Shown here: piece by piece, positions 1 through 13,441 of the stretch
How the letters are laid out: each line of letters opens with the position of its first letter
How positions within the stretch are numbered: the stretch's first letter is position 1
Source: Escherichia coli
Lineage (GTDB): Bacteria > Pseudomonadota > Gammaproteobacteria > Enterobacterales > Enterobacteriaceae
Strand: one strand, 5' to 3'
Assembly: GCF_050920415.1 (NCBI RefSeq)
Contig: NZ_CP169309.1
DNA: 64,000 bases
The notes under the pieces: model-generated
Database searches by the model: none
The model's input: the letters and a program-made list of their open reading frames with translations, nothing else
What the model was told of the DNA's origin: nothing
Translations under genes and position numbers: made by a program

Positions 1-724
1 GATTCAGGTGATAGTCGCCCATATTGATACCAAAGCTAACGCAGCGTTCATCCGCACCACGAATCGGCATTGTTAAGGCATCATCAGCATTAACCACGCA
101 AACTTTCGCATTTTCATAAATGCGCAGTTTTGCCGCACGATACTGCTGTAAACCAAATGGATAGCGATCCATATGATCTTCAGTCACGTTCAGAATGGTC
201 GCTGCTACCGCCTGTAAGCTGGAGGTGGTTTCAAGCTGGAAGCTCGACAGCTCGAGCACGTACAGTTCGCACTCATCATCCAGCAGCATCAACGCAGGCA
301 GGCCAATATTGCCACCCACACCAACGTTAACCCCCGCCGCTTTCGCCATTTCACCCACTAGCGTGGTGACCGTGCTTTTGCCGTTAGAACCGGTGATCGC
401 CACAATCGGTGCTTGTGCTTCGCGGCAGAATAGCTCGATATCGCCAACGATTTCGATTCCGGCATCAGCGGCAGCGCTTAAGGATGGATGCGCCAGTGCA
501 ATACCGGGACTGGCGACAATCAGATCGGCCGCCATCAGCCATTCATCATTCAGACCGCCCGTGTGGCGTTCTACGGCTTCGGGTAATTTATCCAGGCCAG
601 GCGGTGTCATACGCGTATCCATAACGCGCGGCGTCACACCGCGAGCGAGGAAAAAGTCCACGCAAGAAAGCCCGGTGAGGCCCAGGCCGATAATGACGAC
701 ATTTTTACCCTGGTAATCAGCCAT
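1..724 (-). CDS. murD: UDP-N-acetylmuramoylalanine--D-glutamate ligase MurD, N-terminal part (gene continues beyond window start)
   Basis: Minus-strand frame begins with ATG at 724..722 and encodes [13 protein letters not shown]...; position immediately downstream of mraY in the dcw cluster; truncated by the window edge. Confidence 0.85.
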   Translation of the reverse strand, partial: MADYQGKNVVIIGLGLTGLSCVDFFLARGVTPRVMDTRMTPPGLDKLPEAVERHTGGLNDEWLMAADLIVASPGIALAHPSLSAAADAGIEIVGDIELFCREAQAPIVAITGSNGKSTVTTLVGEMAKAAGVNVGVGGNIGLPALMLLDDECELYVLELSSFQLETTSSLQAVAATILNVTEDHMDRYPFGLQQYRAAKLRIYENAKVCVVNADDALTMPIRGADERCVSFGINMGDYHLN

Positions 725-726
725 GA

Positions 727-1809
727 TTAACGTACCTTCAGCGTTGCCAGACCAATCAGGACCAGCATCAGCGAAATAATCCAGAAACGTACAATGACGC
801 GCGGTTCCGGCCAGCCTTTCAGTTCATAGTGGTGATGAATCGGTGCCATGCGGAAAATACGTTGTCCGCGCAGTTTAAAGGAGCCGACCTGCAGGATGAC
901 GGAAAGTGTTTCTACCACGAACACGCCCCCCATAATCACCAGCAGGAATTCCTGACGCAGCAGTACGGCGATAATGCCTAACGCACCACCTAACGCCAGC
1001 GAACCGACATCGCCCATAAAGACCTGCGCCGGATAGGTGTTAAACCACAGGAAGCCCAGCCCTGCCCCGACTATCGCGGTACAGACAATGACCAGTTCCC
1101 CGGCGTGTCGTAGATACGGTATGTGTAAATAGCTGGCAAAGTTCATGTTGCCGGTTGCCCATGCCACCAGCGCAAAACCACCGGCGACGAATACAGTCGG
1201 CATAATCGCCAGGCCATCAAGACCATCGGTCAGGTTTACCGCGTTGCCAGTACCCACAATGACGAAGTAAGCCAGCAGAATGTAGAACAGCCCCAGTTGC
1301 GGCATCACATCTTTAAAGAACGGAACCACCAGCTGCGTTGCGGGCGTGTCTTTGCCGGCAAGGTACAGCGCGAAGGCAACACCCAGCGCAATGACCGACA
1401 TCCAGAAATACTTCCAACGAGCGATCAACCCTTTGGTGTCTTTACGCACCACTTTGCGATAGTCATCAACAAAGCCAATGATGCCGTAACCTACCAGCAC
1501 CACCAGTACGCACCAGACGTACGGATTGGATGGATAAGCCCACAGCAGCACGGAGATCACAATCGCCGTCAGGATCATAATCCCGCCCATGGTCGGCGTA
1601 CCGCGCTTGCTGAAGTGTGATTCAGGACCGTCGTTACGCACCACCTGACCAAAGGAGAGTTTTTGTAAATGAGCAATCATGCGCGGGCCCATCCACAATG
1701 AGATGAACAGCGCAGTCAGCAGGCTGACGATGGCGCGAAACGTCAGATAGGAAAAGACGTTAAAGCCGGAATAATATTTGACCAAATGTTCGGCCAGCCA
1801 AACTAACAT
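727..1809 (-). CDS. mraY: Phospho-N-acetylmuramoyl-pentapeptide transferase MraY
   Basis: 360-aa ORF, recognisable MraY sequence ([31 protein letters not shown]...), dcw cluster order. Confidence 0.96.
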
Positions 1810-3161
1810 GTCCCATTCTCCTGTAAAGCGCGTACTACCTCTTCCATGGCAGCACTACGTGAACCCTTAACTAAAATCGTAATTACCTGTTGCTCAGCAA
1901 TCAGTGATTTAAGACGTGTGATAAGCGCAGTTTTATCGGAAAAATGTTCGCCAACGCCGCTGGCGGTGCTGATAGCATGGCTTTGTTTACCCACACTTAA
2001 CACGCGGTCAATACCCGCCGCCTTCGCCGCTTCGCCCACCTGTACATGGCAGGCCTCGCTTTCAGCGCCCAGTTCCGCCATATCGCCCACCACCAGCACA
2101 CGGTAGCCCGGCATTTCAGCCAGTACCTGAACAGCGGCGGTCATGGAGCCGACGTTAGCGTTGTAGGAGTCGTCGAGCAGCAACTGATTTTCCGCCAGTT
2201 GAATGGGGAACAGACGGCCAGGAACAGCTTTCAGATTTGCCAGCCCCGCTTTAATAGCATCAAGCGTTGCGCCCACGGACATGGAGAGCGCAGCGGCTGC
2301 CAGCGCATTCGCAATATTGTGACGCCCCGGCAACGGCAGCAGAACATCGACGCTACCCGTTGGGGTTTGCAGCGTAAATTCCGTACCGTGCGAGGTCACG
2401 TGGATATTGGTGGCGGTGAAATCGCTGTTGTTAGCATTCGGTGAGAAGCGCCACACTTTGCGTGAGCCAATCACACTCTGCCAGTTCAGCCAGTCGTTGT
2501 TGTCGGCATTCATAATGGCGATACCGTTTTCCGGCAGGCCGCTAAAGATTTCACCTTTCGCTTTCGCGACACCCGCAAGCGAGCCAAAACCTTCCAGATG
2601 CGCCGCTGCCAGGTTGTTGACCAGCGCCGCTTCCGGGCGAGTCAGACTCACAGTCCAGGCAATTTCGCCCTGATGGTTCGCGCCAAGTTCAATTACTGCG
2701 TAATCGTACTCTGGCGTTAAGCGCAACAGCGTCATCGGTACACCGATATCGTTGTTGAGATTGCCTGCCGTATAAAGCGTGTTGCCACACTGGCTTAAAA
2801 TCGCTGCCGTCATCTCTTTAACGGAGGTTTTGCCGGAGGAACCGGTCAGAGCAACCACGCGCGCCGGAACTTGCTGGCGAACCCATGCAGCCAGTTCACC
2901 AAACGCCAGACGCGTATCCTTGACGATTAACTGCGGCAGATCGATATCCAGCGGACGGCTAACCAGCAGTGCACCCGCACCGCCAGCTTTCGCCTGGTCA
3001 GCAAAATCATGGGCATCGAAACGTTCGCCTTTCAGGGCAACAAACAGGCAACCCGGCGTCAATTTACGGGTGTCAGTGGTTACAGCATCAAGGGTAATAT
3101 CTGCCCCTTTTAGTTCACCGTTGAGAATATCGGTAAGTTGGCTAAGGGTTACGCTAATCAT
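1803..3161 (-). CDS. murF: UDP-MurNAc-tripeptide--D-Ala-D-Ala ligase MurF
   Basis: 452-aa ORF, MurF-like sequence; 7-nt overlap with mraY start typical of the dcw cluster. Confidence 0.95.
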
Positions 3162-4645
3162 GCAATCACCCCCAGTAGACGCGCTACCGTGACGCGATCG
3201 GAGTAGTCCAGACGCTGGTTGCCAACAATCTGATAATCCTCATGGCCTTTGCCCGCGATCAGCACCACATCATTCTCTTTAGCCTGCATAACAGCGCAAG
3301 TCACCGCTTCAGCGCGGCCTTCCATCACTTTGGCATGTCCGGCGTCCAGCATTCCCGCCAGAATATCGTTGATGATAGCGCGCGGTTCTTCGGTACGCGG
3401 GTTATCGTCCGTTACCACCGCCACGTCAGCAAACTCTTCAGCAATTGCTCCCATCAGTGGACGCTTACCTTTATCGCGATCGCCACCACAGCCAAAGACG
3501 CACCACAGCTTGCCTGCACAGTGAAGACGTGCAGCCTGCAAGGCTTTTTCCAATGCATCCGGCGTATGCGCGTAATCCACCACCACCGTCGGTTTGCCCG
3601 GTGCAGTGAACACTTCCATACGTCCGCAAACCGGTTGCAGACGCGCGGCGGTTTTTAACAGATCAGCCAGCGGGTAGCCAAGTGCCAGCAGCGTCGCCAG
3701 CGCGAGCAGCAGGTTGCTGACGTTAAAAGCGCCCATCAGATGGCTTTCAATTTCGCCATCACCCCAGCTTGAGCTAAAGCGAATAGTCGCACCGCTGTCG
3801 TGATAGTTCACTTCAGTCGCTTTCAACCAGCGTCCGTGACAGTTCGGATTGATATGATCTTCCATTGATACCGCAACCGCGTCCGGCAGTTTTGCCAGCC
3901 AGCGGCGGCCCACTTCATCGTCGGCGTTAATAATCGCCTGACCGCAATGATGCTCAGAATAAAGCAGCCATTTCGCGGCTTCGTAGTGTTCCATATCACC
4001 ATGATAATCAAGGTGATCGCGGCTTAAGTTGGTAAAGACCGACGCCGCAAATTTCAATGCCGCCACACGGTGCTGTACCAGTCCGTGGGAGGAAACTTCC
4101 ATTGCGCAAAAAGTCGCGCCCTGATCCACCAGCCCCGCCAGCTCATGCTGAACATCGACTGCCGAACCGGTGGTATTTTCTGTCGGGATCACTTTTCCCA
4201 GCAGGCCGTTACCAACGGTGCCCATTACCGCGCTGGTTTCGCCAAGCAGTTGGCTCCACTGCGCCAGCAGCTGGGTAGTCGTGGTTTTGCCGTTGGTGCC
4301 CGTTACGCCTACAAGACGTAAATTGTCAGAGGGTTCATGGTAAAAGCGGCCCGCCAGTGCAGATAAACGCTCGTTGAGCTGGCTGAGATAGATGACTGGT
4401 ACGCCGTGCATTTCACGGATTTCACCGTCGGTCGCCTCATCTTTCGCCTCTGCAATAATGGCAGCCACACCTTGCGCTATCGCCTGCGGGATATATCGAC
4501 GCCCGTCCGCCTGATGACCTACTACAGCTACAAAGAGATCGCCCGCCGCAGCCACACGGCTGTCGAGTGTCATCTCTCGCAGTGCTCGCGAAGGTGCGTC
4601 TGGCACCCACGGAGCAAGAAGGTCGCGCAAATTACGATCTGCCAC
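3158..4645 (-). CDS. murE: UDP-MurNAc-L-Ala-D-Glu--meso-diaminopimelate ligase MurE
   Basis: 495-aa ORF, Mur ligase motifs (GTNGKTT), 4-nt overlap with murF. Confidence 0.95.
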
Positions 4646-6398
4646 CTGTCCCCTCGCCTTGATTAATCACAAATTCATTTTTATCGCCCGTTGTCAGCGC
4701 ATCCGGCTCGATGTTCATGGTACGCAATACGCCGCCCATGATGGCACCAAAGACCGGCGCGGAAACGGCGCCGCCGTAGTATTTACCCGCCTGCGGATCG
4801 TTGATAACAACAACCAGCGCGAAGCGCGGCTGACTCGCAGGCGCAACGCCTGCGGTATAAGCAATATATTTATTGATGTAGCGACCGTCCGGCCCGACCT
4901 TTTTCGCGGTACCGGTTTTAATGGCGATACGATAGCCTTTAATCGCCGCCTTCACGCCGCCACCGCCCGGTAGCGCCACGCTTTCCATCATATGCACCAC
5001 GGTGCGAACAATGGACTCCGGGAAGACACGTTCACCGGGAACCGGGGGATCAACTTTGGTAATCGACAGCGGGCGATAAATGCCATAGCTGCCGATAGTT
5101 GCGTAGACTCGCGCTAACTGTAACGGTGTTACCATTAGCCCATAGCCGAAAGAGAAGGTGGCCCTCTCTATGTCAGACCACCGTTGTTTTTGAGGATATA
5201 AGCCACTGCGTTCTCCGACCAACCCCAAATTGGTCGCTTTTCCCAGTCCAAAACGTGAGTAAGTATCTACTAACGCTGAGGACGGCATCGCTAACGCCAG
5301 TTTGGAAACACCGACGTTACTCGACTTCTGTAATACCCCGGTCAGGGTTAATTCGCTGTAGCGTGCCACGTCTTTGATTTCGTGGCCGTTAATTCGATAA
5401 GGAACGGTATTCAGTACCGAGTTTTCTCGCACCACGCCACGTTGCAACGCGGTCATCACCACCATCGGTTTGACCGTTGAGCCAGGTTCAAACACGTCGG
5501 TGATGGTACGGTTACGCATCGCCTCTTTCGGCGTGCCACTCAGATTGTTTGGGTTGTATGACGGGCTGTTAGCCATCGCCAGCACTTCACCGGTGTTGAC
5601 ATCCACCAGCACGGCACTACCAGATTCAGCCTTGTTAAAGGCCACCGCGTTATTCAGTTCGCGATAAACCAGCGCCTGCAGGCGTTCATCAATACTCAGC
5701 GCCAGGTTGTGTGCCGCCTGACTGTCGGTGGAAGAGATATCTTCAATTACGCGACCATAGCGGTCTTTACGCACAATGCGCTCGCCAGGCTGCCCGGTAA
5801 GCCATTTATCGAAACTCTTCTCGACGCCCTCAATCCCCTGACTATCGACGTTAGTAAAGCCGATGAGGTGAGCGGTCACTTCGCCAGACGGATAGTAACG
5901 GCGAGATTCTTCACGTAGATGAATCCCCGGCAGCTTCAGTTTTTTGATGTACTCAGCCATGTCAGGGTTAACCTGACGCGCCAGATAGATAAAGCGCCCT
6001 TTCGGGTTGGCATTAATGCGGGCGGAAAGTTGATCCAGCGGAATATTGAGCGCGTTAGCCAGCGCCTTCCAGCGGTCACCGACGCTGATGCCGCCAGCTT
6101 CATGCACTTCTTTCGGGTCGGCCCAGATCGCTTTTACTGGCACACTCACTGCTAACGGGCGACCAGAACGGTCGGTAATCATGCCGCGGGAGGTGGAAAC
6201 TTGCTGAACGCGAAGAGAACGCATGTCGCCCTCTTTTACCAGCATATCCGGGGAGATAACTTGTAACCACGCTACGCGTCCGAGCAGAAAAGCCAGCGCC
6301 AGGAGAATACAGCCGCATAACAACGCAAAACGCCAACTGATAAAGTTGGCATGTTCTTCCTGACGTTTTGGTTTCTGCGTTTTCGCCGCTGCTTTCAT
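4632..6398 (-). CDS. ftsI: Peptidoglycan D,D-transpeptidase FtsI (PBP3)
   Basis: 588-aa ORF, PBP3 sequence with STVK and KTG motifs, overlaps murE start. Confidence 0.96.
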
Positions 6399-6413
6399 GC
6401 GTCGCGTTTATCC

Positions 6414-6779
6414 TTATTTTTGCACTACGATATTTTCTTGTGACGGATCAACATGCTGCATTTGCAGCTTTTCCGTGGCGATCCTTTCCACCCGGCTATG
6501 GTCGCCGAGCGCATTCTCTTCAAGGATCAGGTTGCGCCATTCAATGTCTAAAGCATCTCGCTCCAGCACCAGTTGTTCGCGCTGAGCGGTCAGTAAACGG
6601 GTATGGTGCGCCGTGGTTACCACGGTCACCGCCGTCAAAATAATGCAAATGAACAGGCAGAGTGGCAGCTTCCCAAATCGCAAAAGATCGTCACCGATAA
6701 CACCAGGCAATGCATGGCGCTCGTGGCTTCCCATCGATCCTTTAACTTTGCTTAGAGCTTCTGTCACTCTGCTGATCAT
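6414..6779 (-). CDS. ftsL: Cell division protein FtsL
   Basis: 121-aa ORF with single TM segment and leucine-zipper-like region, between rsmH and ftsI. Confidence 0.93.
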
Positions 6780-7717
6780 GCGTTCGTCCTCTCTGCAATA
6801 CGCAGAACTGAACTACGGGCACGAGGGTTCTCAGCCACCTCTTCTTCGCCCGGCATTAACTTGCCTAGTGCTCGCAGCTGACGGCCACCCAGTTTTTTGA
6901 GTTGCTCTTCAGTCATCGGTAACCCTGCCGGAACTTGCGGACCACGGCTGTTTTCACGCATAAAGCGTTTCACAATGCGGTCTTCCAGCGAGTGGAAGCT
7001 GATGATCGAGAGCCGCCCCCCCGGGGCCAGCACGTTGAGCGAGCTTTTTAGCGCCTGCTCTATCTCCTCCAGTTCACTGTTTACCCAAATGCGCACCGCC
7101 TGGAAGGTACGGGTCGCGGGATGTTTAAACTTATCTTTCACCGGCGTTGCGGCAGCCACGACTTCCGCCAGTTCTTTGGTGCGGGTCATCGGCTGTTCGC
7201 GGTTTCGCTCGACAATGGCGCGGGCAATGCGTTTGGCAAAACGCTCTTCACCATAGGTTTTCAATACCCAGGCGATATCGGCTTCTTCTGCGGTTTGTAG
7301 CCATTCAGCGGCTGACTGCCCACGGGTTGGGTCCATACGCATGTCCAGCGGACCATCGCGCATAAAGGAAAAGCCGCGTTCAGCATCATCAAGTTGCGGT
7401 GAAGAGACGCCAAGATCGAGGAGAATGCCGTCGATCTTGCCGATAAGATCGCGCTCGGCAACGTATTCGCCCAGCGCGGAGAAAGGTCCGTGGATGATGG
7501 AGAAGCGCGGATCATCAATAGTCTTCGCAACGGCGATAGCCTGCGGGTCGCGATCGATCGCCAGCAAACGCCCCTCTTCGCCAAGCTGCGAGAGGATCAG
7601 ACGTGAGTGACCACCGCGACCAAAAGTCCCATCAATGTAGATGCCATCAGGACGGATATTGAGGCCATTAACGGCTTCATCCAGCAGCACCGTAGTATGT
7701 TTATAGTTTTCCATCAT
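6776..7717 (-). CDS. rsmH: 16S rRNA m4C1402 methyltransferase RsmH (MraW)
   Basis: Track ORF 6776..7846 extends upstream; conserved protein starts [19 protein letters not shown] (ATG at 7717), 313 aa. Confidence 0.93.
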
Positions 7718-7718
7718 T

Positions 7719-8177
7719 TTATAGAGACAAGTCCTGCAGTCGCTCCGATAAGTCTCCAGTAGCCAACTGCTCTGCGTCGATATCTTCCTTGACCTGTTGA
7801 TGCCAGGTTGTTTCATCCCACAGCTCAAACTTGTTGAACTGTCCAACCAGCATCACTTCTTTTGTCAGACCGGCATGTTGCCGCAGTACTGGCGCGATTA
7901 ACAATCGACCGGCGCCATCCATCTGACATTCGCTGGCATGACCTAACAGAAGGCGCTGCACACGGCGCTCAACCGGGTTCATGCTCGACAGACGCGATAA
8001 TTTTTGCTCGATAATTTCCCATTCAGGCAGGGGGTAAAGCAGCAGGCACGGGTGATGAATGTCAATGGTGCAAACCATTTGACCGGCAGCGTTCTCAAGC
8101 AGCTGTTCCCGATAACGGGTAGGCACTGATAAGCGCCCTTTGCTGTCGAGATTGACTAACGTTGCTCCCCGGAACAT
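7719..8177 (-). CDS. mraZ: Transcriptional regulator MraZ
   Basis: 152-aa protein starting [19 protein letters not shown]; track ORF has a 12-codon upstream extension that overlaps the operator repeats. Confidence 0.92.
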
Positions 8178-8194
8178 GCCAGCCTCACCCCTTA

Positions 8195-8223
8195 TTCCCA
8201 CTTTGCCCCACAATTTCCCACTG
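8195..8223 (-). promoter_or_regulatory. Three direct GTGGG repeats at 10-bp spacing immediately upstream of mraZ (MraZ operator-like)
   Basis: Minus strand reads GTGGGaaattGTGGGgcaaaGTGGGaataa; plus-strand cccac at 8197, 8207, 8217. Confidence 0.6.
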
Positions 8224-8777
8224 AAAGGAGTTTACGGAGCGGAGGAAAAGCTTGTCAAGCCAGTCACAAGGCATACCGAGGTAAAAAACCCGATGTTTAC
8301 GGCTAATATCAGCGTTGTTTATTTTACGTCCAACGTGCGAAGCAAATTAACGTTATGAATAGCTGTAAGAAAAAATCCCTCATGGTCATCACCGTTTTAA
8401 AATGACTAACTATTTTCCACAGCAAATATAAAGTGTCAGTTTGCGACGCGAGCGGCATTTTAGGACATATCTTCCCCGGTTAACAGTCCCTGTTGCGTCT
8501 GTGTGGCGCTTGATGCCAGCAGGTTTGCGCAAAAGCAAAGAAAAGTGTTTGTTAAATCGGCAATTCATCTCTGCATGTAACAAAATAATGCAAAAACGCT
8601 CTGTCAATATTGCTTAATTATTGTGAATTTCAGCAGGTGAGTTAATTAATGGGCGGGTTTAAAAGCATTTATCAATAATAGCCAGGAATAGTCTTATTTA
8701 CTTTAAGGATATTGATGTCCATTCCCGTACTCGACGCGCCAATGAGAAATTCACTGGCGCGTATTTTTGTTCGCGGC

Positions 8778-9782
8778 TTAGTTACGGCTGAGCACGCCGC
8801 GGCGATAGAGATTACGTTTAATGCGCGTTAACCCAGGTTTTGGCTTACGCGGTTCGTCCAGGCTTGCCAGGACAATTTCCAGCACACGCTCTGCGACATC
8901 GCGGTGACGTTGAGCCACTGCCAGCACCGGGCACTGTAAGAAGTCGAGCAGTTCGTTATCGCCAAAGGTGGCAATTGCCAGGTCAGAAGGCAGTTTGCCA
9001 TCGCGACGCAGCGTGACATCCATCACCCCTTGCAACAACGCAAACGACGTTGTGAACAGCGCCTGCGGCATCGGATGCGTTTCCAGCCATTTTTCGAATA
9101 ACTGGGCAGCCGCCTCCCGCTCATAACTGTTGGCATAAAGGAAATGCACTTCGCGCGGATCATCTTTCCAGGCAGTACGGAAACCTTGCTCACGCAAGAA
9201 GCTCACAGAAAGCTCCGGCAGCGCGCCAAGATAAAGCACCGTCTCGGCGGGAAACTTACGTAACTCTTCCGCCAGCATTTCGGCATCATCCTGATCGGCA
9301 CCAACCACGCTGGTGAAGTGTTCACGATCGAGGGCGCGATCCAGCGCGACAATCGGGAACGGGTCGTTAGCCCAGCGTTGATAAAAAGGATGCTCTGGTG
9401 GCAACGACGTCGAAACAATAATGGCATCAACCTGACGCTGTAGAAGATGCTCAATACAACGCATTTCGTTGTCTGGCTGATCTTCTGAGCAAGCAATCAG
9501 CAGTTGATAACCCCGTTGCCGCGCCTGACGTTCAAGATAATTAGCGATGCGGGTATAGCTGGTGTTCTCCAGATCGGGGATCACAAGACCAATAGAACGT
9601 GTGCGTCCAGCACGAAGCCCAGCTGCCACGGCGTTCGGGTGGTAATTGTGCTCACGCACCACAGCCATGACTTTTTCAACGGTTTTGTCGCTCACACGGT
9701 ATTGCTTCGCTTTGCCGTTAATAACATAGCTTGCAGTGGTCCGCGACACTCCCGCTAGCCGAGCGATTTCATCCAGTTTCAC
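8778..9782 (-). CDS. cra: Catabolite repressor/activator Cra (FruR), LacI family
   Basis: 334-aa ORF, N-terminal [27 protein letters not shown] and LacI-type sugar-binding domain. Confidence 0.95.
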   Translation of the reverse strand: MKLDEIARLAGVSRTTASYVINGKAKQYRVSDKTVEKVMAVVREHNYHPNAVAAGLRAGRTRSIGLVIPDLENTSYTRIANYLERQARQRGYQLLIACSEDQPDNEMRCIEHLLQRQVDAIIVSTSLPPEHPFYQRWANDPFPIVALDRALDREHFTSVVGADQDDAEMLAEELRKFPAETVLYLGALPELSVSFLREQGFRTAWKDDPREVHFLYANSYEREAAAQLFEKWLETHPMPQALFTTSFALLQGVMDVTLRRDGKLPSDLAIATFGDNELLDFLQCPVLAVAQRHRDVAERVLEIVLASLDEPRKPKPGLTRIKRNLYRRGVLSRN

Positions 9783-9909
9783 AATTGCCCCTTGCGTAAA
9801 ATGTAAAAACCATAGCCATTGTGCTGGTATGGGTTAAATTCATTAACATCTAAGCGCAGAAAATTAACTGCGGCAACTGCTTTTATTCCAGGTTCCCACT
9901 GAATTCGCA

Positions 9910-9945
9910 AAAAAAGCCCAACGTGACATGTTGGGCTGCAAATTG
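9910..9945 (-). terminator. Rho-independent terminator-like hairpin downstream of ilvH
   Basis: Plus strand aaaaaaagcccaacgtgacatgttgggc: GC stem gcccaac/gttgggc followed by a U-run on the minus strand. Confidence 0.6.
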
Positions 9946-9961
9946 CGCATTGAGATCATTC

Positions 9962-10453
9962 TCAACGCATTATTTTATCGCCGCGCGAAAGTCCAACTAC
10001 ACCAGAGCGAGCAACTTCCACAATTTTCGCCACATCGCGAATCGATGCTAAAAATGCATCAAGCTTATCGCTGGTGCCTGCCAGTTGGACGGTGTAAAGC
10101 GATGGCGTGACATCGATGATTTGCCCACGAAATATTTCCGTATTGCGCTTCACTTCGTCACGTCCGTAGCCGCTGGCCTGAATTTTCACCAGCATGATTT
10201 CCCGCTCGACGTGCGCCCCCTGCCCCAGCTCGCTCACGCGCAAGACATCGACCAGTTTGTGTAATTGCTTTTCGATCTGCTCAAGCACTTTTTCATCGCC
10301 CACGGTCTGGATGGTCATACGCGATAATGTCGGATCATCGGTGGGCGCAACGGTCAGGCTTTCAATGTTGTAGCCACGTTGGGAAAAAAGGCCAATCACG
10401 CGGGATAACGCGCCTGATTCATTTTCGAGTAAGACTGATAATATCCGGCGCAT
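9962..10453 (-). CDS. ilvH: Acetolactate synthase III small (regulatory) subunit IlvH
   Basis: 163-aa protein starting [19 protein letters not shown] (ACT domain); ATG at 10453. Confidence 0.94.
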   Translation of the reverse strand: MRRILSVLLENESGALSRVIGLFSQRGYNIESLTVAPTDDPTLSRMTIQTVGDEKVLEQIEKQLHKLVDVLRVSELGQGAHVEREIMLVKIQASGYGRDEVKRNTEIFRGQIIDVTPSLYTVQLAGTSDKLDAFLASIRDVAKIVEVARSGVVGLSRGDKIMR

Positions 10454-10455
10454 AA

Positions 10456-12180
10456 TCAGGTTCTCTCCGTTTTGCTTAACCACATTTCATCCATTCCGCC
10501 CCCGCGAATCTGCATCGGGTAGACGTGCTCACTGCCATCGACGGTAACATCAACAAAGACCAGACGATTATTGCGCACCTGTTCCAGCGCCTCGCTAAGT
10601 TTGCTTTCCAGCTCTTGCGGATGAGAAATCTGAATCCCGACATGCCCATAGGCTTCCGCCAGACGGACGAAATCGGGTAGCGATTGCATATAAGATTGTG
10701 AATGACGGCCGGAATAGATCATGTCCTGCCACTGCTTCACCATCCCCAGATAGCGATTATTGAGATTCACCACCAGTACGGGCAACTCGTATTGCAACGC
10801 GGTAGACAGTTCCTGAATGTTCATCTGAATACTGCCGTCGCCAGTGACGCAAACCACGGTTTCTTCTGGCAACGCCATTTTGACGCCCAGTGCCGCAGGT
10901 AAACCAAACCCCATCGTGCCGAGGCCACCAGAGTTAATCCAGCGACGCGGTTTGTCGAAAGGATAATAAAGTGCGGCGAACATCTGGTGCTGCCCGACAT
11001 CGGACGTCACGTAAGCGTCCCCCTTCGTCAGCCGCCAAAGAGTCTCGATAACCGCCTGCGGTTTAATCTTTTCACTGTGAATATCGTATTTCAGGCACTG
11101 ACGAGCACGCCACTGTTCAATCTGCTGCCACCAGTCGCGGATCTCATCCAGCGGTTGATGGGCGGATTCTTGCGACAGGAGTTCAAGCATTTGTTCGAGG
11201 ACCTGGCGGGCATCCCCAACAATCGGGATATCAGCAGTCACAGTTTTAGAAATGGAGGTAGGATCAATATCGATATGCAAAACAGTGGCATTTGGGCAGT
11301 ACTTTGCCAGATTGTTCGTCGTTCGATCATCAAAACGTACCCCGACGGCAAAAATCACATCCGCGTTATGCATCGTCATATTGGCTTCGTAGGTGCCGTG
11401 CATTCCCAGCATGCCCAGTGCCTGACGATGCGTTGCCGGAAACGCCCCCAGCCCCATTAATGAGGAAACAACAGGCAGATTTAACGCCTCCACCGTGTCT
11501 TTCAACTGCTGATGGCAGCCCGCCGTGATTGCCCCACCGCCTACATACACAACCGGTTTTTTTGCCGCCACCAGCGTTTGCAGAGCGCGCTTAATTTGCC
11601 CTTTATGTCCGGAGGTCGTGGGATTGTAAGACCGCATACTGACCGACTCCGGCCAGACGTAGGGTAATTTGTTCGCAGGATTAAGAATATCTTTCGGTAA
11701 ATCAACGACCACTGGTCCAGGGCGACCACTTGCCGCCAGCCAAAAAGCCTTTTTCAGCACCTGCGGAATGTCTTCCGTTTGCTTAACCAGAAAACTGTGC
11801 TTCACCACCGGGCGGGAAATTCCCACCATGTCGCACTCCTGAAAGGCATCGTAGCCTATCAACGAGGTCGCTACCTGCCCGGAAAGGACAACTAATGGAA
11901 TGGAATCCATATAAGCGGTGGCAATGCCAGTAATCGCATTGGTCGCCCCTGGACCCGACGTTACCAGCACGACGCCGACTTCCCCGGTCGCGCGCGCCAG
12001 ACCATCGGCCATATGCACCGCCGCCTGCTCATGACGAACTAAAACATGATCGATACCACCCACGGTATGCAATGCATCGTAAATATCAAGGACCGCGCCT
12101 CCGGGATAACCGAATACTTGTTTAACGCCCTGATCGATAAGCGATCGGACGACCATCTCGGCTCCAGACAACATCTCCAT
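10456..12180 (-). CDS. ilvI: Acetolactate synthase III large subunit IlvI
   Basis: 574-aa protein from [21 protein letters not shown]-dependent enzyme. Confidence 0.95.
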   Translation of the reverse strand: MEMLSGAEMVVRSLIDQGVKQVFGYPGGAVLDIYDALHTVGGIDHVLVRHEQAAVHMADGLARATGEVGVVLVTSGPGATNAITGIATAYMDSIPLVVLSGQVATSLIGYDAFQECDMVGISRPVVKHSFLVKQTEDIPQVLKKAFWLAASGRPGPVVVDLPKDILNPANKLPYVWPESVSMRSYNPTTSGHKGQIKRALQTLVAAKKPVVYVGGGAITAGCHQQLKDTVEALNLPVVSSLMGLGAFPATHRQALGMLGMHGTYEANMTMHNADVIFAVGVRFDDRTTNNLAKYCPNATVLHIDIDPTSISKTVTADIPIVGDARQVLEQMLELLSQESAHQPLDEIRDWWQQIEQWRARQCLKYDIHSEKIKPQAVIETLWRLTKGDAYVTSDVGQHQMFAALYYPFDKPRRWINSGGLGTMGFGLPAALGVKMALPEETVVCVTGDGSIQMNIQELSTALQYELPVLVVNLNNRYLGMVKQWQDMIYSGRHSQSYMQSLPDFVRLAEAYGHVGIQISHPQELESKLSEALEQVRNNRLVFVDVTVDGSEHVYPMQIRGGGMDEMWLSKTERT

Positions 12181-12496
12181 GGCCTGCCTCACTGTTTAAC
12201 GGAAAAATGTGTAAAACACATTAACCGTCCGATCTTGCTTAAGCAATTGGTAGCCAGAGACATAAACACGAGGTAATAAGAATAAACAGGAGGAAAGGTG
12301 AAAAGAAACGATAAAATCCTCCATTACGGAGGATTAAATTGATAATAAATCGGCTAAATCCCACAACTTACAGCAATTTCTCTATTTTTTTAATTAATCC
12401 TAAAATAGCGAGCTCTCACATTTAGAATAAAATTCTATATTAAATAAAAAATACAGAATAAACCAGACATCAATGCCTGACCTATTCTGCATCCAG

Positions 12497-13441
12497 TTAG
12501 CGTTTGCAAATTGAGACTAATTGCTCTTCCATCCACTGATGGCCTTTGTCGCGTCCGGCAGCTTCATGCCAGGAGAGATAACAGGTTCTGCTGTTGTGTT
12601 TTAATGGCAGCGGTAATACCTGTAACTCTAAAGATTCAGCGAACTCTTCAGCCAGCCAACGCGGCGCAATAGCGACCAGATGCGTTTGCGATACCACGCT
12701 CAGTACGCTCATCATTGCCATGCCCTGATACGCGATACTGGCTTGCTTGTCTACCGTGTCATACCACGGTTGACTAAATGACGCGAAACGATCGAGCGAA
12801 ACTGCCGCATGTTGTTCGTTATAAACATCATGTTTCAGTAACGGGCCTTTAATTGTTGGATGATTTTTGCTGGCTACCAGCACCATTTCATCTTTAAATA
12901 ATGGCACACTGGTAAATTCAGGACGATGGAAGTCTTCATAACTAATCACAAACTCCGTTTCCTGATAACGCAGCTGATGTTCAGTGTTCTGATTTAATGA
13001 AGACTTGAACATAACATGTATATTTGGCGCAGTTTGCTCAATGTGATTATATATCTGCGAGGTCAGAATGCTGTCTAACGGGCTGCAAACACAAAGATGA
13101 AATACACGTTCACTGCTCGCGGGTTCAAAACCTGAACCTGGCAATTCATTTTGCACTAATTGCAATGCCTGACGAACTGAACCAAAAAGTTGAAATGCGC
13201 GAGCAGTCGGTTGAATGCCACGGCCATAACGAACAAAAAGCTCGTCATTAAACATCACCTTCAGGCGTGCAACCGCGTTACTGACCGCAGGTTGCGACAT
13301 CCCCAGAACATGAGCGGCACGGGTGATGTTTTGCTCCTGCATCACGGCATCGAAAACGGTTAATAAGTTGAGATCGACCATGCGTAGCTGTGGTTTGCTT
13401 AACTCCGCCGTCTCTGGTTGATCTGTTTGTACCTCTGGCAT
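12497..13441 (-). CDS. leuO: LysR-family transcriptional regulator LeuO
   Basis: 314-aa protein from [27 protein letters not shown]; track ORF is longer, true start ATG at 13441. Confidence 0.92.
   Translation of the reverse strand: MPEVQTDQPETAELSKPQLRMVDLNLLTVFDAVMQEQNITRAAHVLGMSQPAVSNAVARLKVMFNDELFVRYGRGIQPTARAFQLFGSVRQALQLVQNELPGSGFEPASSERVFHLCVCSPLDSILTSQIYNHIEQTAPNIHVMFKSSLNQNTEHQLRYQETEFVISYEDFHRPEFTSVPLFKDEMVLVASKNHPTIKGPLLKHDVYNEQHAAVSLDRFASFSQPWYDTVDKQASIAYQGMAMMSVLSVVSQTHLVAIAPRWLAEEFAESLELQVLPLPLKHNSRTCYLSWHEAAGRDKGHQWMEEQLVSICKR

Noticed and set aside
195-716. 173-aa plus-strand ORF at the window start
   Set aside because: Antisense to the murD N-terminal coding region; murD on the minus strand is the supported gene.
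6776-7846. Long N-terminal extensions in the ORF track for rsmH (and similarly mraZ, leuO, araC, kefC, fixA, caiD, caiF, ilvI, ilvH, djlA, folA)
   Set aside because: The recognisable protein in each case starts at an internal ATG; the upstream extensions run through promoter/operator sequence (for example the mraZ repeats).
8410-8607. 65-aa minus-strand ORF in the cra-mraZ spacer
   Set aside because: Cys/Arg-rich unrecognisable peptide in the Pmra promoter region; likely non-coding.
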